Below are positions 9,505 to 19,783 of a stretch of 64,000 bases of DNA, in pieces. The stretch is from Acidilobaceae archaeon (GTDB lineage Archaea; Thermoproteota; Thermoprotei_A; Sulfolobales; Acidilobaceae). The notes under the pieces are model-generated. The model worked only from the letters and a program-made list of their open reading frames with translations, ran no database searches and was not told the DNA's origin. Position numbers and translations under genes: made by a program. Location: contig JAWAWX010000001.1 in NCBI GenBank assembly GCA_038897215.1, positions 704,001 to 768,000 on the forward strand, read 5' to 3'. Every line of letters begins with the position of its first letter. Within the stretch, counting starts at the first letter, position 1.

Positions 9505-11127
9505 GTGGTCCTCCTCGGTGCTCTATTCTTGCCCGAGAAGAAGCTTCCCTCAGATAACGCTAGTTCTCTAGGAGGAACTAGGCTCAGAGTCCAGGATTAC
9601 ACTCCCATAAGCGGGCTGTGTGCTCTATGCATTCCCGAGAAGTGCTTGTTTCTCTGCGAGGTCTCTAAGGCTGCTTTGAGAGGGAGAGAGACTCTATACC
9701 CTGAAGTCGAGGAGTTCGGCTATTCTACTGCAGCAGCTAACAAAGACTATGGACTCGACTGGTCTGATATACAGCTTCTCCCCAATCTCTCTGAGTTCTA
9801 CGGAGTAGAGAGCGACGAGTTCCTCTTCGAGGATGTCAGCGTCGAGGCTAGATTTGCTGGCATCAGATTAAAGCTACCTGTCTTCATAGCTGCTCTAGGC
9901 TCAACTGATATAGCTAGAAAGCACTGGGAGGGGCTAGCGGCAGGAGCCGCTATATCGGGGACCATGATTGTTGTCGGAGAGAACGTCTGCGGTATGGACT
10001 CGAAAGCCGTCTTCTCTCAGGGCGTCGTCAGAGAAAGCCCCGAGCTAGAGAGGAGAGTGCGAGCTTTCAGAGACTACTGGGACGGAGTCTACGGCGATAT
10101 CGCTGTCCAGACCAATGTAGAGGATGAGATGATGGGCGTAGACTTCTACGCTCTATCTAAGCTAGAGGTTGGTATTATCGAGAAGAAGTTCGGCCAAGGA
10201 GCTAAGAGCATCGGGGGAGAGGTGAGGATATCGAGTATAGAGAGAGCTCTAGAGCTGAAGAAGAGAGGCTACATAGTGATCCCGGACCCCGAAGATGAGG
10301 CTGTGAGAGAAGCTTATAGAAGAGGTTTAATCAAATCCTTTGAGAGACACAGTAGAGTGAAGAAGCCCGATGTAGACTCGTTCCTCGAGAGAGTAGACAG
10401 GCTTAGAGAAGCTGGAGCAAAGAGAGTACTAATAAAAACAGGGTCCTACAGACCTGCTGCTGTAGCTTTCGTCATGAAGCTCGCGTCTACGGCTAGGATA
10501 GACGGAGTGACGTTTGACGGAGCTGGCGGAGGCACGGGTATGTCTCCAGTGTCTATGATGAATGAGAGTGGAGTCCCCACGATCTACCTCGAAGTCTGGG
10601 CTGTTAGAGCGGCTGAGATACTCTCAAAGAGAGGAGCGCACGTGCCCGACATAGCTATGGCTGGAGGCTTCTCTAGCGAGCATCATGTAGTCAAAGCGAT
10701 TGCTCTAAGCGGGGTCAACGGTGAGCCCTACGTGAAAGCTGTCGCTATGGCTAGAGCCCCCATACTAGCTGTTGCTAAATCGAAGCTCTTACTGAGCCTA
10801 GCTAGAGAAGGCAAGCTCCCCCCAGAGCTAGCTAGGAGATGGGGCTCTGAGCCAGCTCGGCTCTTCACCTCCTACGATGAACTCTCGCGAGAATACGGGA
10901 GGAGAGTCGGGGACCTCGTAGAGAGCGGAGCTATAGGTCTCTACACGTACTTCAAGAAGATAGCTATCGGGATAAAGATACTGCTAGCTGGTCAGAGGAA
11001 AGCATCACTCTATCTCCTCAACCGCAGAGACCTGGCAGCGTTAACAGAGAGAGCTTCTAGAGTGACGGGTCTACCTCTCGTCAGCGAGGTTGACGAAGAC
11101 TTATTCAACGCCATACTATCAGCGTAG
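9505..11127 (+). CDS. FMN-binding glutamate synthase family protein (archaeal stand-alone GltB-type domain)
   Basis: N-terminal Cys cluster, ALGST, KFGQGAK.IGGE, DGAGGGTGMSP, AGG. Confidence 0.85.
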   Translation: MVLLGALFLPEKKLPSDNASSLGGTRLRVQDYTPISGLCALCIPEKCLFLCEVSKAALRGRETLYPEVEEFGYSTAAANKDYGLDWSDIQLLPNLSEFYGVESDEFLFEDVSVEARFAGIRLKLPVFIAALGSTDIARKHWEGLAAGAAISGTMIVVGENVCGMDSKAVFSQGVVRESPELERRVRAFRDYWDGVYGDIAVQTNVEDEMMGVDFYALSKLEVGIIEKKFGQGAKSIGGEVRISSIERALELKKRGYIVIPDPEDEAVREAYRRGLIKSFERHSRVKKPDVDSFLERVDRLREAGAKRVLIKTGSYRPAAVAFVMKLASTARIDGVTFDGAGGGTGMSPVSMMNESGVPTIYLEVWAVRAAEILSKRGAHVPDIAMAGGFSSEHHVVKAIALSGVNGEPYVKAVAMARAPILAVAKSKLLLSLAREGKLPPELARRWGSEPARLFTSYDELSREYGRRVGDLVESGAIGLYTYFKKIAIGIKILLAGQRKASLYLLNRRDLAALTERASRVTGLPLVSEVDEDLFNAILSA

Positions 11128-11193
11128 AGTCTAAGCTCTCTGAACGTATAACTCTCAGTCTTTCAACCAGCTCTTGGAGGAGGCGTCTCCACA

Positions 11194-11751
11194 TTGTCTA
11201 GCGGGGAGTCTAGGAGGAAGATTCCTAGAGACGACGAGTTAGAGAAGATTGCCAGCATAGCTGCAGAAAAGGCTGCTCTAATCGTCAGCAAGGGTGTGCT
11301 AGCAGAGCTGAGGAGGATCAGAGAGACTCTAGAGTCGATCGAGTCCGAGCTGAGAGAGATAAGAGATCTCTTGAGGAGTAGCGAGAGAAGAGAAGAGGTA
11401 TCGAGAAAGCGTGGGAGAGAGGAGAAGCTGGAGTCTCTACTCTCTCTACTGAGAGAGAGCAAGTACGTTCTAGCTAGTGATGCCTCGAGGAGGCTCAAGA
11501 TAGGAGTCGAGGAGATCCTCAGGCTAGCCTACGAGAAAGCTAGAGTGCTAGAAGCTAGTGGAGACATAGTGGTCATGAGTGATGAATCCTATAGAGAGTT
11601 CAAGAGTCTCCTCGAGAAAGTAAAGTCTAGCGACCCTAGTGAAGCCTCTTCATCAATGGGAGCCTACAGCAGACTCTTCGATATGCTTAGAAGAGCTGGA
11701 CTCGTCTACTACGACTACAAGAGAAGCTCTTGGACTCTACTAGAGAGCTAG
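11194..11751 (+). CDS. Hypothetical protein (coiled coil plus possible winged helix)
   Basis: Charged heptad N-terminal half; C-terminal 'LFDMLRRAGLVYYDYKRSSW'. Confidence 0.75.
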   Translation: MSSGESRRKIPRDDELEKIASIAAEKAALIVSKGVLAELRRIRETLESIESELREIRDLLRSSERREEVSRKRGREEKLESLLSLLRESKYVLASDASRRLKIGVEEILRLAYEKARVLEASGDIVVMSDESYREFKSLLEKVKSSDPSEASSSMGAYSRLFDMLRRAGLVYYDYKRSSWTLLES

Positions 11752-11818
11752 GGAAAAAGCTACCTCGCTTATTAATCTCCTCTAGATCTCGGGAGTCTCC
11801 TGGAGGCGGTGACTCCCC

Positions 11819-12589
11819 GTGAGTCTAATCGAGGAGGTCGAAGCTCCTAGAGCTGTCTTGAGGTATCCGGATGCGAAAGTCTTCGAGGGATTCGTATCGA
11901 CTCTCTCAGAAGTCATGGATGAAGCGCTCTTCGTAATAACGAGCGATGGCGTGAAGGTTAGAGGCATGGATCCCGCTAAGATATCCTACATCGAGGTCTT
12001 TATGCCTAGAGAAGCGTTTCTAGACTACTCAGTAGAAGAGGAGCCAGTAGAGATGGGGCTTAATCTAGACCTACTAGGCGAGATCATCGTGGCTAAGAAG
12101 GGTAGCCCTATTGAGTTCAGAGTAGTAGCAGACAAGGTCTTAGTGTCTATAGAGACTCTTAGTGTTAAGCGCTACCTGCTCCCCAACATAGAGGTAGCTA
12201 TAAGCGTCCCTGAGGACGTAAGGCTAGAGCATAAGGCTAGAGCTCTCCTAATCTCGGACGCTTTCAGGAAAGCTATAGCCGATATCGAGAGCGTCTCTGA
12301 TATCGTTGAGTTTAGAGCGAGCGAGGAGCAGCTAGTGATATCGAGTGTTGGAGAAGACAAGTCTAGAGTCTCGGCTCGCTTCACTAGAGAGACCTCGGCT
12401 CTGCTAAGCCTAGAGGTAGAGGAGGAGTCCTCCGCTAGATACGATGTATCATACGTGAGCAGAGTAGCCGGGATGTCTAGAGTGGCTGACACAGTGGAGA
12501 TAGGCTTCTCGTCAGACAAGCCTCTGGAGTTGAAGCTGAAGAGCCCCGATGGCTCTCTAGTCAGGTATCTCTTAGCCCCTACAGTCTAG
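11819..12589 (+). CDS. pcn: DNA sliding clamp PCNA subunit
   Basis: 'GMDPAKISYI', 'ARYDVSYV', 'DKPLEL', C-terminal 'YLLAP'. Confidence 0.95.
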   Translation: MSLIEEVEAPRAVLRYPDAKVFEGFVSTLSEVMDEALFVITSDGVKVRGMDPAKISYIEVFMPREAFLDYSVEEEPVEMGLNLDLLGEIIVAKKGSPIEFRVVADKVLVSIETLSVKRYLLPNIEVAISVPEDVRLEHKARALLISDAFRKAIADIESVSDIVEFRASEEQLVISSVGEDKSRVSARFTRETSALLSLEVEEESSARYDVSYVSRVAGMSRVADTVEIGFSSDKPLELKLKSPDGSLVRYLLAPTV

Positions 12590-12596
12590 CGCTACG

Positions 12597-13187
12597 TCAC
12601 GCTCGGCAGGAGTAGAGGGGGCTAATGCCGGCTCTCGCGGAGAGCTCCTCAACTCTAGCGAGCCAGCTTGCTCCAGCCAGCCTAGGTAGTAGAGCAGCTA
12701 GAACAGCCTGTTCTGTCAGCTCTTGTCTCGTCACGAATCCAGAGCTGAGGTAGCCGATGTAGCCTATGCTTTCTCCCAAGTCTTTAACCCCCCGGTTAAC
12801 GCGAACCAACTGGGAGAGCTCGCCACCCAAGAGCATAGCCGGGACGATCGAGGGGTCGATCTCGAAGCCCGAGCTGAGCCCCACGCTAACTCTACAGTCT
12901 CTATCAACTATGACTGCTACCTCGATCTCGATGAACCCCGAGCTGGTGTAGAACTCTATCGGGCCAGCCTCGATGCCAACACCCCACTCAGCTCTCTTCA
13001 TCGATAGCGCTCCAAGAGCTCTCTCGAGAGCGCCTAGAAGCACGTCTCTACTACCAACAGGCTGAGACCCGACGCTTGTCTCCACTGAGACACCCTCTAC
13101 GACAGCATCGTAGTATCGCGAGAGAACTCTCTCAACAGCTCTCAGCTTGACGGGATTCAAGCTACCCACAGCAACCCTGAAAGACAC
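12597..13187 (-). CDS. yjjX: Inosine/xanthosine triphosphatase (YjjX/DUF84)
   Basis: VAVGSLNPVK, VGSQP, GVGIEAG, GYIGYLS, TR motifs. Confidence 0.88.
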   Translation of the reverse strand: MSFRVAVGSLNPVKLRAVERVLSRYYDAVVEGVSVETSVGSQPVGSRDVLLGALERALGALSMKRAEWGVGIEAGPIEFYTSSGFIEIEVAVIVDRDCRVSVGLSSGFEIDPSIVPAMLLGGELSQLVRVNRGVKDLGESIGYIGYLSSGFVTRQELTEQAVLAALLPRLAGASWLARVEELSARAGISPLYSCRA

Positions 13188-13383
13188 TAGCGTAGCCCCG
13201 AATGCTAGAGCAGTGAGGAAGAGGGTATAAGAGTCTCAGCGATACCGGTAGAAGCGTTGAGAACACGAGCGCGCTCTCGTCTCTACTAGCCTATCGCTTC
13301 TCACGCTCTCGAAGACGCTATTGCTAGAGCTTTCTCTACACTACTTATAAGCCTCTGCTTGAGAGAAGCTCGAGGGACAGCGA

Positions 13384-13548
13384 ATGCCTGTAACAGACCC
13401 GCAGCTACTAGCGATATTCGAGGCTAGAGTACTCAATAAGAAGGTCTGTAGAAAGTGTGGAGCGCTAAACCCCATGTCGGCAGTCAAGTGTAGAAGGTGT
13501 AGGAGCACTAATCTGAGACCGAAGAAGAAGCTCGTTGGTAAGAAGTAG
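13384..13548 (+). CDS. rpl40e: 50S ribosomal protein eL40 (not in the ORF track)
   Basis: [54 protein letters not shown]; TATA at about 13345. Confidence 0.96.
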   Translation: MPVTDPQLLAIFEARVLNKKVCRKCGALNPMSAVKCRRCRSTNLRPKKKLVGKK

Positions 13549-13560
13549 GGAAAGGAGGTT

Positions 13561-14115
13561 ATGCCTCTAAGAATTCCTCTCCACGAGGCTTGCGTTAGGA
13601 GAAGAGCGCTCTGCCCGTCTTGTATGAGTAAGGTGAAGAGCGGAGAGGTAGCGGAGTGGGAGGTGGAGGTATTCAAGGCTCTCTTTTCAGCGGTAGAGAA
13701 GAAGGGGGTTAGCGACGAGCTGAGATATGTGGCGTCAGCGATAGCCGGCTCGACTCTCTACGTGGCGGTCGAGGGCAATGAGATAGCTATGCTCGAGGAT
13801 GAGGTGTCTAGAGCTCTCTCGATACCTCGCGTAGCTAGAGTTAGGATGCTCTTCTTCAAGGGGGGAGAATTAGGGCTACTGGAGAGAATATATGGTCAGA
13901 AAGTACTTTCGGTTAACAAGGTTTACGACCCTGATGGCAGTATCCAGGTCTACGTGAAGGTACCTAGGCCAGACCCTGGAGCCGATAAGCTAGCATCTCT
14001 ACTCCTGAAAGTCAGAGTTCAAAGCATCGGGTCGGAGGAGCAGCATAAAGCAGAGAGAGTTTCTAGTACTAGAAGAGCTGATGTTAGGAAGCTTCTAGAG
14101 AAGCTCTTCATGTAA
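13561..14115 (+). CDS. NusA-like KH/Zn-finger transcription factor homolog
   Basis: N-terminal C-x6-CPSC..V.SGEV..WEV pattern typical of archaeal NusA-like paralogs. Confidence 0.6.
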   Translation: MPLRIPLHEACVRRRALCPSCMSKVKSGEVAEWEVEVFKALFSAVEKKGVSDELRYVASAIAGSTLYVAVEGNEIAMLEDEVSRALSIPRVARVRMLFFKGGELGLLERIYGQKVLSVNKVYDPDGSIQVYVKVPRPDPGADKLASLLLKVRVQSIGSEEQHKAERVSSTRRADVRKLLEKLFM

Positions 14116-15163
14116 ACCACTGGTCGAGCTTTCTCTGCTTAACCTTAACGTGCTCCCTATAGGCTCTCTTAAGTCTCTCCATAGCGTTAGCTACTCTCTC
14201 CTTGTTGAAGTCATGTCTCTCCACGAGTATCTCGTGAACTCTCCTCTCGTCGGGCTCCTTGAAGACTATCCGGTAATCTGTTCTCACGGGTGGCTTCAGG
14301 AAGTACTCGTAGACAGCTACCGGGTCTACCCCTTCTCCCCACTCGGCTCTCGGAATACTCTGAAGAGCTTTGACGGGGTCTCCTATGGTCTTAACGTATC
14401 TGTACGCTTTCTGGACCCCCCACCCTCTAGCTCCTCCAGGATTGTAGTCTGTGCCTACTATCACAGCGATCGCTATCAACTGCTCTCTGCTGATTCCTAG
14501 AGCTTTGAGCAAGTCTTCTAGCACTATGAGCTCCGGCTTGATCTCAACGTATTCATCTCTTCCAGGCATCTTCCTCCTACCCGTTATAGCTAGATTTCTG
14601 ATGAGACGCTTGGCTCCAAATAGTAGGCTATCATAGTCCTGGCTTCCGGTAGCGTAAGCATCTCCTCTGATAGTCATGAAGGCTGCTTGAGCCTCCCCCT
14701 CTGCTTCTGCTTGAACAGAGGGGACTCCCATAGCGTCTAGTAGCTCTCTAGTCTCCGAGACCATCTCGGAGGTGAGCCTGCTAGCTGCCTGAGCATACTT
14801 CCTGGCTTCTTCGAGCAAGCCTGCCTCGAGAGCCTCCCTGTACCTGGCTTCCGCCTCAGCTCTCCTCCTAGCTCTCTCCTCGAGCTCTCTTGCTTTGAGC
14901 TCAGGAGGCTTCCCGTCGAAGACGTAGACCGGCTTGACCCCCTCCTCTACCAGGCTCACGGTTCTGTAGAAGATGCCGCTCAAGTGGCTGGTGACCCTCC
15001 CCTCTCTATCCATGAGAGGGGTTCCGTCAGGTTGCCTTATGGCTGAGAGGAATTGGTATAGCATATTGTAGGCGTCGAGAGCCACAACCTCTCCTCTGAG
15101 GCTAGAGAGCTCCACCTCTCTCCTAGCCTTCTCAGGCACGAGGTCTCTGAGATTGACCCCCAA
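14108..15163 (-). CDS. fen: Flap endonuclease 1
   Basis: MGV, DAYNMLYQFL, VFDG, EGEAQAA, SQDYDSLLFG, GTDYN, C-terminal PIP box QRKLDQWF. Confidence 0.98.
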   Translation of the reverse strand: MGVNLRDLVPEKARREVELSSLRGEVVALDAYNMLYQFLSAIRQPDGTPLMDREGRVTSHLSGIFYRTVSLVEEGVKPVYVFDGKPPELKARELEERARRRAEAEARYREALEAGLLEEARKYAQAASRLTSEMVSETRELLDAMGVPSVQAEAEGEAQAAFMTIRGDAYATGSQDYDSLLFGAKRLIRNLAITGRRKMPGRDEYVEIKPELIVLEDLLKALGISREQLIAIAVIVGTDYNPGGARGWGVQKAYRYVKTIGDPVKALQSIPRAEWGEGVDPVAVYEYFLKPPVRTDYRIVFKEPDERRVHEILVERHDFNKERVANAMERLKRAYREHVKVKQRKLDQWFT

Positions 15164-15309
15164 TAGCTACCCCGCTCTATAGAGTATAGAGGCGAGTGCT
15201 AAGTATCTAACCATCGCGCTCCGGGAAACCGTCGTGCTAAGCGATAGCTAGCCAGTCTAAGATAGCTAAACCACATATAAAGGCTCCTGCTCCAGGGTCT
15301 CGAGACTGG

Positions 15310-15409
15310 GGGGCCGTCGTCTAGCCTGGCTAGGATGCCAGCCTGGGGAGCGAATCCCTAGAGCCCGGAGCGCTGGTGGTCCCGGGTTCAAATCCCGGCG
15401 GCCCCACCA
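15310..15409 (+). tRNA. tRNA-Pro(GGG) with 22-nt intron (15349-15370) at position 37/38
   Basis: GGGGCCG/CGGCCCC acceptor, CCAGC/GCTGG anticodon stem; CTGG pairs with intron CCGG with two 3-nt bulges (BHB); ACCA end. Confidence 0.95.
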
Positions 15410-18327
15410 GCCTTCTCTACGTATATAGCGGGCTTAGCGGGCAGAGCTTGGCTTTTTCTTGGCGACGAGCCTTCCTCCTCTCTCTCTACTCTCACCTCTA
15501 CCCCTAACTCTCTTGAGAAGAACTCTTCCGCCTCCTTCAGGAACTCGTACTCTAAGTCTGGGTCTACGAGCTTCTCGAGGATCTCCGGGCTCTTCGCTAT
15601 TCTTGATACTAGAGCTCCCGCTCTCTCTCTGTGTGGTGATACTCTTAGAGCTTCTCTCAAAGCCTCAGCCAACGGCTTGTCTTGAGCTAGCTTCTTGACC
15701 TCGCCGAGAAACTCGTACTTCCATCTTGCTGCCACTGTGACGACGATCTTGCCTGCTCCTACTAGCTTGAGTATCTCTCTCGCGTCTTCGAGAGTGCTCT
15801 CGACTATACTCTCCGCTCTCGCTATCTCCGGCTTTATCGCTGAGTAGTCGGGAGTAGGCCAGGGAGCTAGGCTAACGAAGCCCTCCTTGCCTATCAGCGA
15901 CCACACTTCCTCGGCTAGGTGTGGAGCGAAGGGAGCAATGAGGAGAGTCTGGACCTCTATGAATCTCTTCAACAGCTCTCTGTTGGGTACTCCGGCTCTC
16001 CTCAGGTACCACTTGAACTTCGCCTGGAGACCGTAGAAGCCCTCTACTAGAGCAGATTTATACATGGTCTTCTCCATTAGCTCGGTAACCTTGACTATAG
16101 TCTCGTTTAGAACGTGGTTGAACCAATCGTCTACTCTCCTCCAATCGTCTCTCCCCCTACCGTAGTTCGCTCTAGCGAACTCGAGCCAGGACACGAGGTC
16201 TTCTACAGCTGAGTCTGCCACCGTCGGGTCGAAGTTAGCGTCATCGAGCGTCGAGTCAGCCCCAGCTAGTGTTTCAGCCCACCTAGTAGCATCGGCTCCC
16301 CACCACTCTAGAGCCTGCCTTAGGAGAATGAAGTTACCCCTGCTTTTACTCATCTTCTCCCCACCCACTAGAACCCAGCCGTTAACGCTTATCCCTCGAG
16401 GCCAGAGCTCTCTCGGGAATATCGCTACGTGATGCATTATGAAGAAGATTAGGTGATTGTAGAGGAGGTCTTTACCACTTATCCTCAAGTCCACAGGATA
16501 CCAGTACAGGAACTCTCTCCTGATCTCCTCAAGTAGCTCGACTCCAATCCCCGTCTTCGCGGAGACCTCTCTGGGGTCTCCGATGCCTAGGAGGACGTAG
16601 TCGAAGAACTCGGGAGTTAGATTCTCCGGCTTAACCCCGTACTTCTCGGGGTGCTGGAGATACTTGGCTAGAGCGTAGTACGCCATGTATATAGTTGAAT
16701 CGCTAAGACTCTCTATGACCCACTCGGGGTCCCAGGGTAGGTGTGTTCCGAGCTCTCCCTTGTGCGTGAAAGCCCAGTCTCCGAGCTCCCCCATGAATCG
16801 ATTCATCTCAGCTTTAGCTTCTCTAGGGACGATCATCATGGATTCTAGAGCTTCGAAAGCGAGCTTCTTCCAGTCCTCTCGGCTATAGAGTATGAACCAC
16901 TGGTCTTCCACGATCTTGACATGCGCTCTACTCCCGCACCTACAGTAGACTCTCTGTGGTAGAGTGTAGACTCTTAGAGCGGAGTTGATGGAGGAGAGCC
17001 AGGAGGCCACACTCTCTCTAGCCTGAGCTACGCTCACGCCCCTCCAGGGCCCTGTATTCTCCAGCATGACTCCTTTGTGGAACTCTCTACTGTAGAGGTC
17101 TCGAGTAGCTTCCTCTAATAGCTCTCTATCGTGCTGGCTCGCGACTCTCTTAGCTTTAAGCTCTTCCTCTGCGGGGACTCCTCTATAGTCCTCTGTCTCA
17201 ATTATGACTATAGGCTCTATCCTATCGACGACCCCGGGGTCCAGACCGTATCTCGCTAGAAGGCTCTTGTCTCTCTTCAAGTCTAGGAGAGCAGCTAGGT
17301 CGAAGGGTGCGTGTGCTGGAACGCTCATCACCATACCCGTCCCCACATCGGGATCCACGAACCAGGCTGGTAGAACAGGCACGCGAGAGCCCGTAGCAGG
17401 GTTCAGAGCCTCTAGTCCTAGGAGCTCTCTACCATCGACTCTGCCCCTGACCTCTACTCTGTACCCTTGGTCTCTCAGCTCTCTAGAGGAGGTCTCGTTG
17501 AGAACCCACAGCTCTCCCTCGACGTCGGCTAGCAGGTAGGAGGCTTCGGGGTGGACCCAGATATTTGTGACACCGAAGACGGTCTCGGGTCTTAGGGTCA
17601 GTGCTGGCAGGACTCTACCATCGCTCAGCTTGAATTTGATTATGTAGGCTTCTATGGGGCCTATGCCTACGTACTCGTCTGGCCTGTCGTGGTCTCCGAC
17701 AACCTTACCCTCCTTGGGGCACCAGACAACAGGATGTCTGCCCTTACCGATCAACCCCTTATCTCTGAGCTTCAGGTACTGCCACTCTATGAACTTGCTG
17801 TAGTATGGGTTCAGTCTCGTGGTGAAGAACTCTCTCCTCCAGTCGATGCTCATACCGTACCTCTCTAGGTCTCTCCTCCACTCTCTCGTAAAGTAGCGAA
17901 CCCAGGTCTCGGGCTCTCTGAACTTCTCTATCTCGCTCTCGGGGACCCCGGCTAGCTTGAGGCTCTCCACTATCCTCGGGTCTCCCTCTCTTAGTCTTAG
18001 AGCAGCAGCAACTATGGGGCCTCCCGTAGCGTGCCAGCCTTGAGCGAAGAGCACGTTGTAGCCTCTCATCCTCTTGTATCTAGCCGTTACATCGACTCTG
18101 AGTATTGTGAACGCGCTGCCTAGATGAGGAGGCGCGTTCACGTAGGGGTAGGGGAAGGTGACGAAGTACTTTGGGACTCCTGGCTTCGGGTCGGCTTCGA
18201 ATATCCGTGCCTCTCTCCACCTCTCCTGCCACTTAGACTCTATGGCTTTGAGGGTCTCGACTAGCTTAGGAGAGACTCTGGGAGCTATTCTCGGAGCTCT
18301 GGCCCGCTCTTCAACAATGATCCTCAC
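15388..18327 (-). CDS. leuS: Leucyl-tRNA synthetase (archaeal type)
   Basis: FPYPY..HLGS (HIGH), TLRPET and GTG editing domain, ESLSDSTIY, GKDL, KMSKS. Confidence 0.97.
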   Translation of the reverse strand: MRIIVEERARAPRIAPRVSPKLVETLKAIESKWQERWREARIFEADPKPGVPKYFVTFPYPYVNAPPHLGSAFTILRVDVTARYKRMRGYNVLFAQGWHATGGPIVAAALRLREGDPRIVESLKLAGVPESEIEKFREPETWVRYFTREWRRDLERYGMSIDWRREFFTTRLNPYYSKFIEWQYLKLRDKGLIGKGRHPVVWCPKEGKVVGDHDRPDEYVGIGPIEAYIIKFKLSDGRVLPALTLRPETVFGVTNIWVHPEASYLLADVEGELWVLNETSSRELRDQGYRVEVRGRVDGRELLGLEALNPATGSRVPVLPAWFVDPDVGTGMVMSVPAHAPFDLAALLDLKRDKSLLARYGLDPGVVDRIEPIVIIETEDYRGVPAEEELKAKRVASQHDRELLEEATRDLYSREFHKGVMLENTGPWRGVSVAQARESVASWLSSINSALRVYTLPQRVYCRCGSRAHVKIVEDQWFILYSREDWKKLAFEALESMMIVPREAKAEMNRFMGELGDWAFTHKGELGTHLPWDPEWVIESLSDSTIYMAYYALAKYLQHPEKYGVKPENLTPEFFDYVLLGIGDPREVSAKTGIGVELLEEIRREFLYWYPVDLRISGKDLLYNHLIFFIMHHVAIFPRELWPRGISVNGWVLVGGEKMSKSRGNFILLRQALEWWGADATRWAETLAGADSTLDDANFDPTVADSAVEDLVSWLEFARANYGRGRDDWRRVDDWFNHVLNETIVKVTELMEKTMYKSALVEGFYGLQAKFKWYLRRAGVPNRELLKRFIEVQTLLIAPFAPHLAEEVWSLIGKEGFVSLAPWPTPDYSAIKPEIARAESIVESTLEDAREILKLVGAGKIVVTVAARWKYEFLGEVKKLAQDKPLAEALREALRVSPHRERAGALVSRIAKSPEILEKLVDPDLEYEFLKEAEEFFSRELGVEVRVEREEEGSSPRKSQALPAKPAIYVEKAGGAAGI

Positions 18328-18378
18328 ACCTTCCGGGATTCTCGCCTGAACCGGCTTTTAAGGTTTAGCCGTCTCTAG

Positions 18379-19539
18379 CTACTTCTCGCTCCTCCTTCTC
18401 CTAGGCTTCTTGACTTCTTCCTCAGCTTCTACTACCGTCACTCCAGTGCCTATCAGCTTCTTGAACACCTCGTCTAGGAATCTAGCGTAGACTCCTCTCT
18501 GACCTAGGATAGCTCCCATGGCTTCTCTGGATACGCTTAGCTTCACCTTGCTTCCAGCGAAGTCTGCCTCCTCTATGTGTTTGTAGACCCACGCGACTGG
18601 ATGCACGGCTCTCACTATCTCTCTCAAGTCTAGAGTGTGCTCTATTGCTCTTATGCTGGCTCCAAGCTCTCTCTCCATCTTCTGGACTCTCTCCCCGCCT
18701 GAGCCCACGAATCTCCCGATGTGCCCCTCTTTCGTGACTACTAGAGCGTCTGGCACGTGCTGAGACGTTATCTCATATCTCTTCTTCAGTTCTCCCACGT
18801 TGAGTACTGTCACTATGTCGGCGTCTGGAGCATATGCTTTAGCTAGGTCTCTCACTCTGATCTCGAACTCGTCTAGAGGCCTCTTCCTCATCTGGAGCTC
18901 TAATAGGAGCCTGATGCCCTTCTTGGCTCCAGGTCTCACCACATCCTTCAACCCCAGGTCTATCACTATCGCTGACTCCTCTCCGAGGAGTATCTCTCTA
19001 GCTAGAGTAGCTCCATCTCTATCGCTCGACCTCTGGAAGACCGGGTCTCCTGCTATTATCAGCTTGCTCTTTCTACCCATTCGAGTAATTATCTCTACTA
19101 TGGTCTCTGCTGAAACCCCTTGAGCATCGTCGACGACTATCACAGACTCGTCGAAAGTCCTCCCTCTCAGAAAGTGGGGATCAGCTAGGACCAGCTTGCC
19201 TGAGTTGATCATCTCGTCTAAGACTCCGGGGTCGGCGAAGCCTGCTAGCAGGTCTCTCACGTAGTCGCTAGCGTGCTTGATGTAGGCTTGAGGGTCACTA
19301 TATAGAGTGATCTCCCTCCCTGTCACGACATCGACTATCGGTCTAGACAAGATCATCCTCTTGTAGAGACCCTTAGCTGTCGCGCTCAGCCCGTAGGATA
19401 TAGCGAACAAGCTCTTTCCAGTACCCGTGGGCCCGAAGACCCCGATTATCTCCTTCTCTGAGACTAGAGCTCGCTTAAACTCCTCCTGACCAGGGCTCTT
19501 GGGCTCTATCTTCTCAAATAGCTCTGCCACACTATCCAT
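18379..19539 (-). CDS. PhoH family ATPase with C-terminal KH domains
   Basis: GPTGTGKS, LRGRTF, DDAQ, GD..Q; KH GxxG loops. Start moved to ATG 19539 behind a GGTGA SD. Confidence 0.88.
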   Translation of the reverse strand: MDSVAELFEKIEPKSPGQEEFKRALVSEKEIIGVFGPTGTGKSLFAISYGLSATAKGLYKRMILSRPIVDVVTGREITLYSDPQAYIKHASDYVRDLLAGFADPGVLDEMINSGKLVLADPHFLRGRTFDESVIVVDDAQGVSAETIVEIITRMGRKSKLIIAGDPVFQRSSDRDGATLAREILLGEESAIVIDLGLKDVVRPGAKKGIRLLLELQMRKRPLDEFEIRVRDLAKAYAPDADIVTVLNVGELKKRYEITSQHVPDALVVTKEGHIGRFVGSGGERVQKMERELGASIRAIEHTLDLREIVRAVHPVAWVYKHIEEADFAGSKVKLSVSREAMGAILGQRGVYARFLDEVFKKLIGTGVTVVEAEEEVKKPRRRRSEK

Positions 19540-19783
19540 ACGCTCACCCGGAGAGAAGACTGAGCTAGTTCTACAACCTATATAAGAAGCTACCGGCTTC
19601 TCGCAAGAACTCTCGTATAGAGGAATCCGGACTAGCTGACTCACCGAGATCTCCTATGGAATCCCGTTCTCTGTGTGAGCACGAATCTCGTTGAATGCAA
19701 ATCTTGCTTTAAAAAGAACTGTTTATAACTAAATCTTAAAACCCGTTTTCGACAGGATCTCTAGGCGGCTTTGGTGATGAATT

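Noticed and set aside
13341-13676. 111-aa minus-strand ORF
   Set aside because: Shadow of rpl40e and the NusA-like gene.
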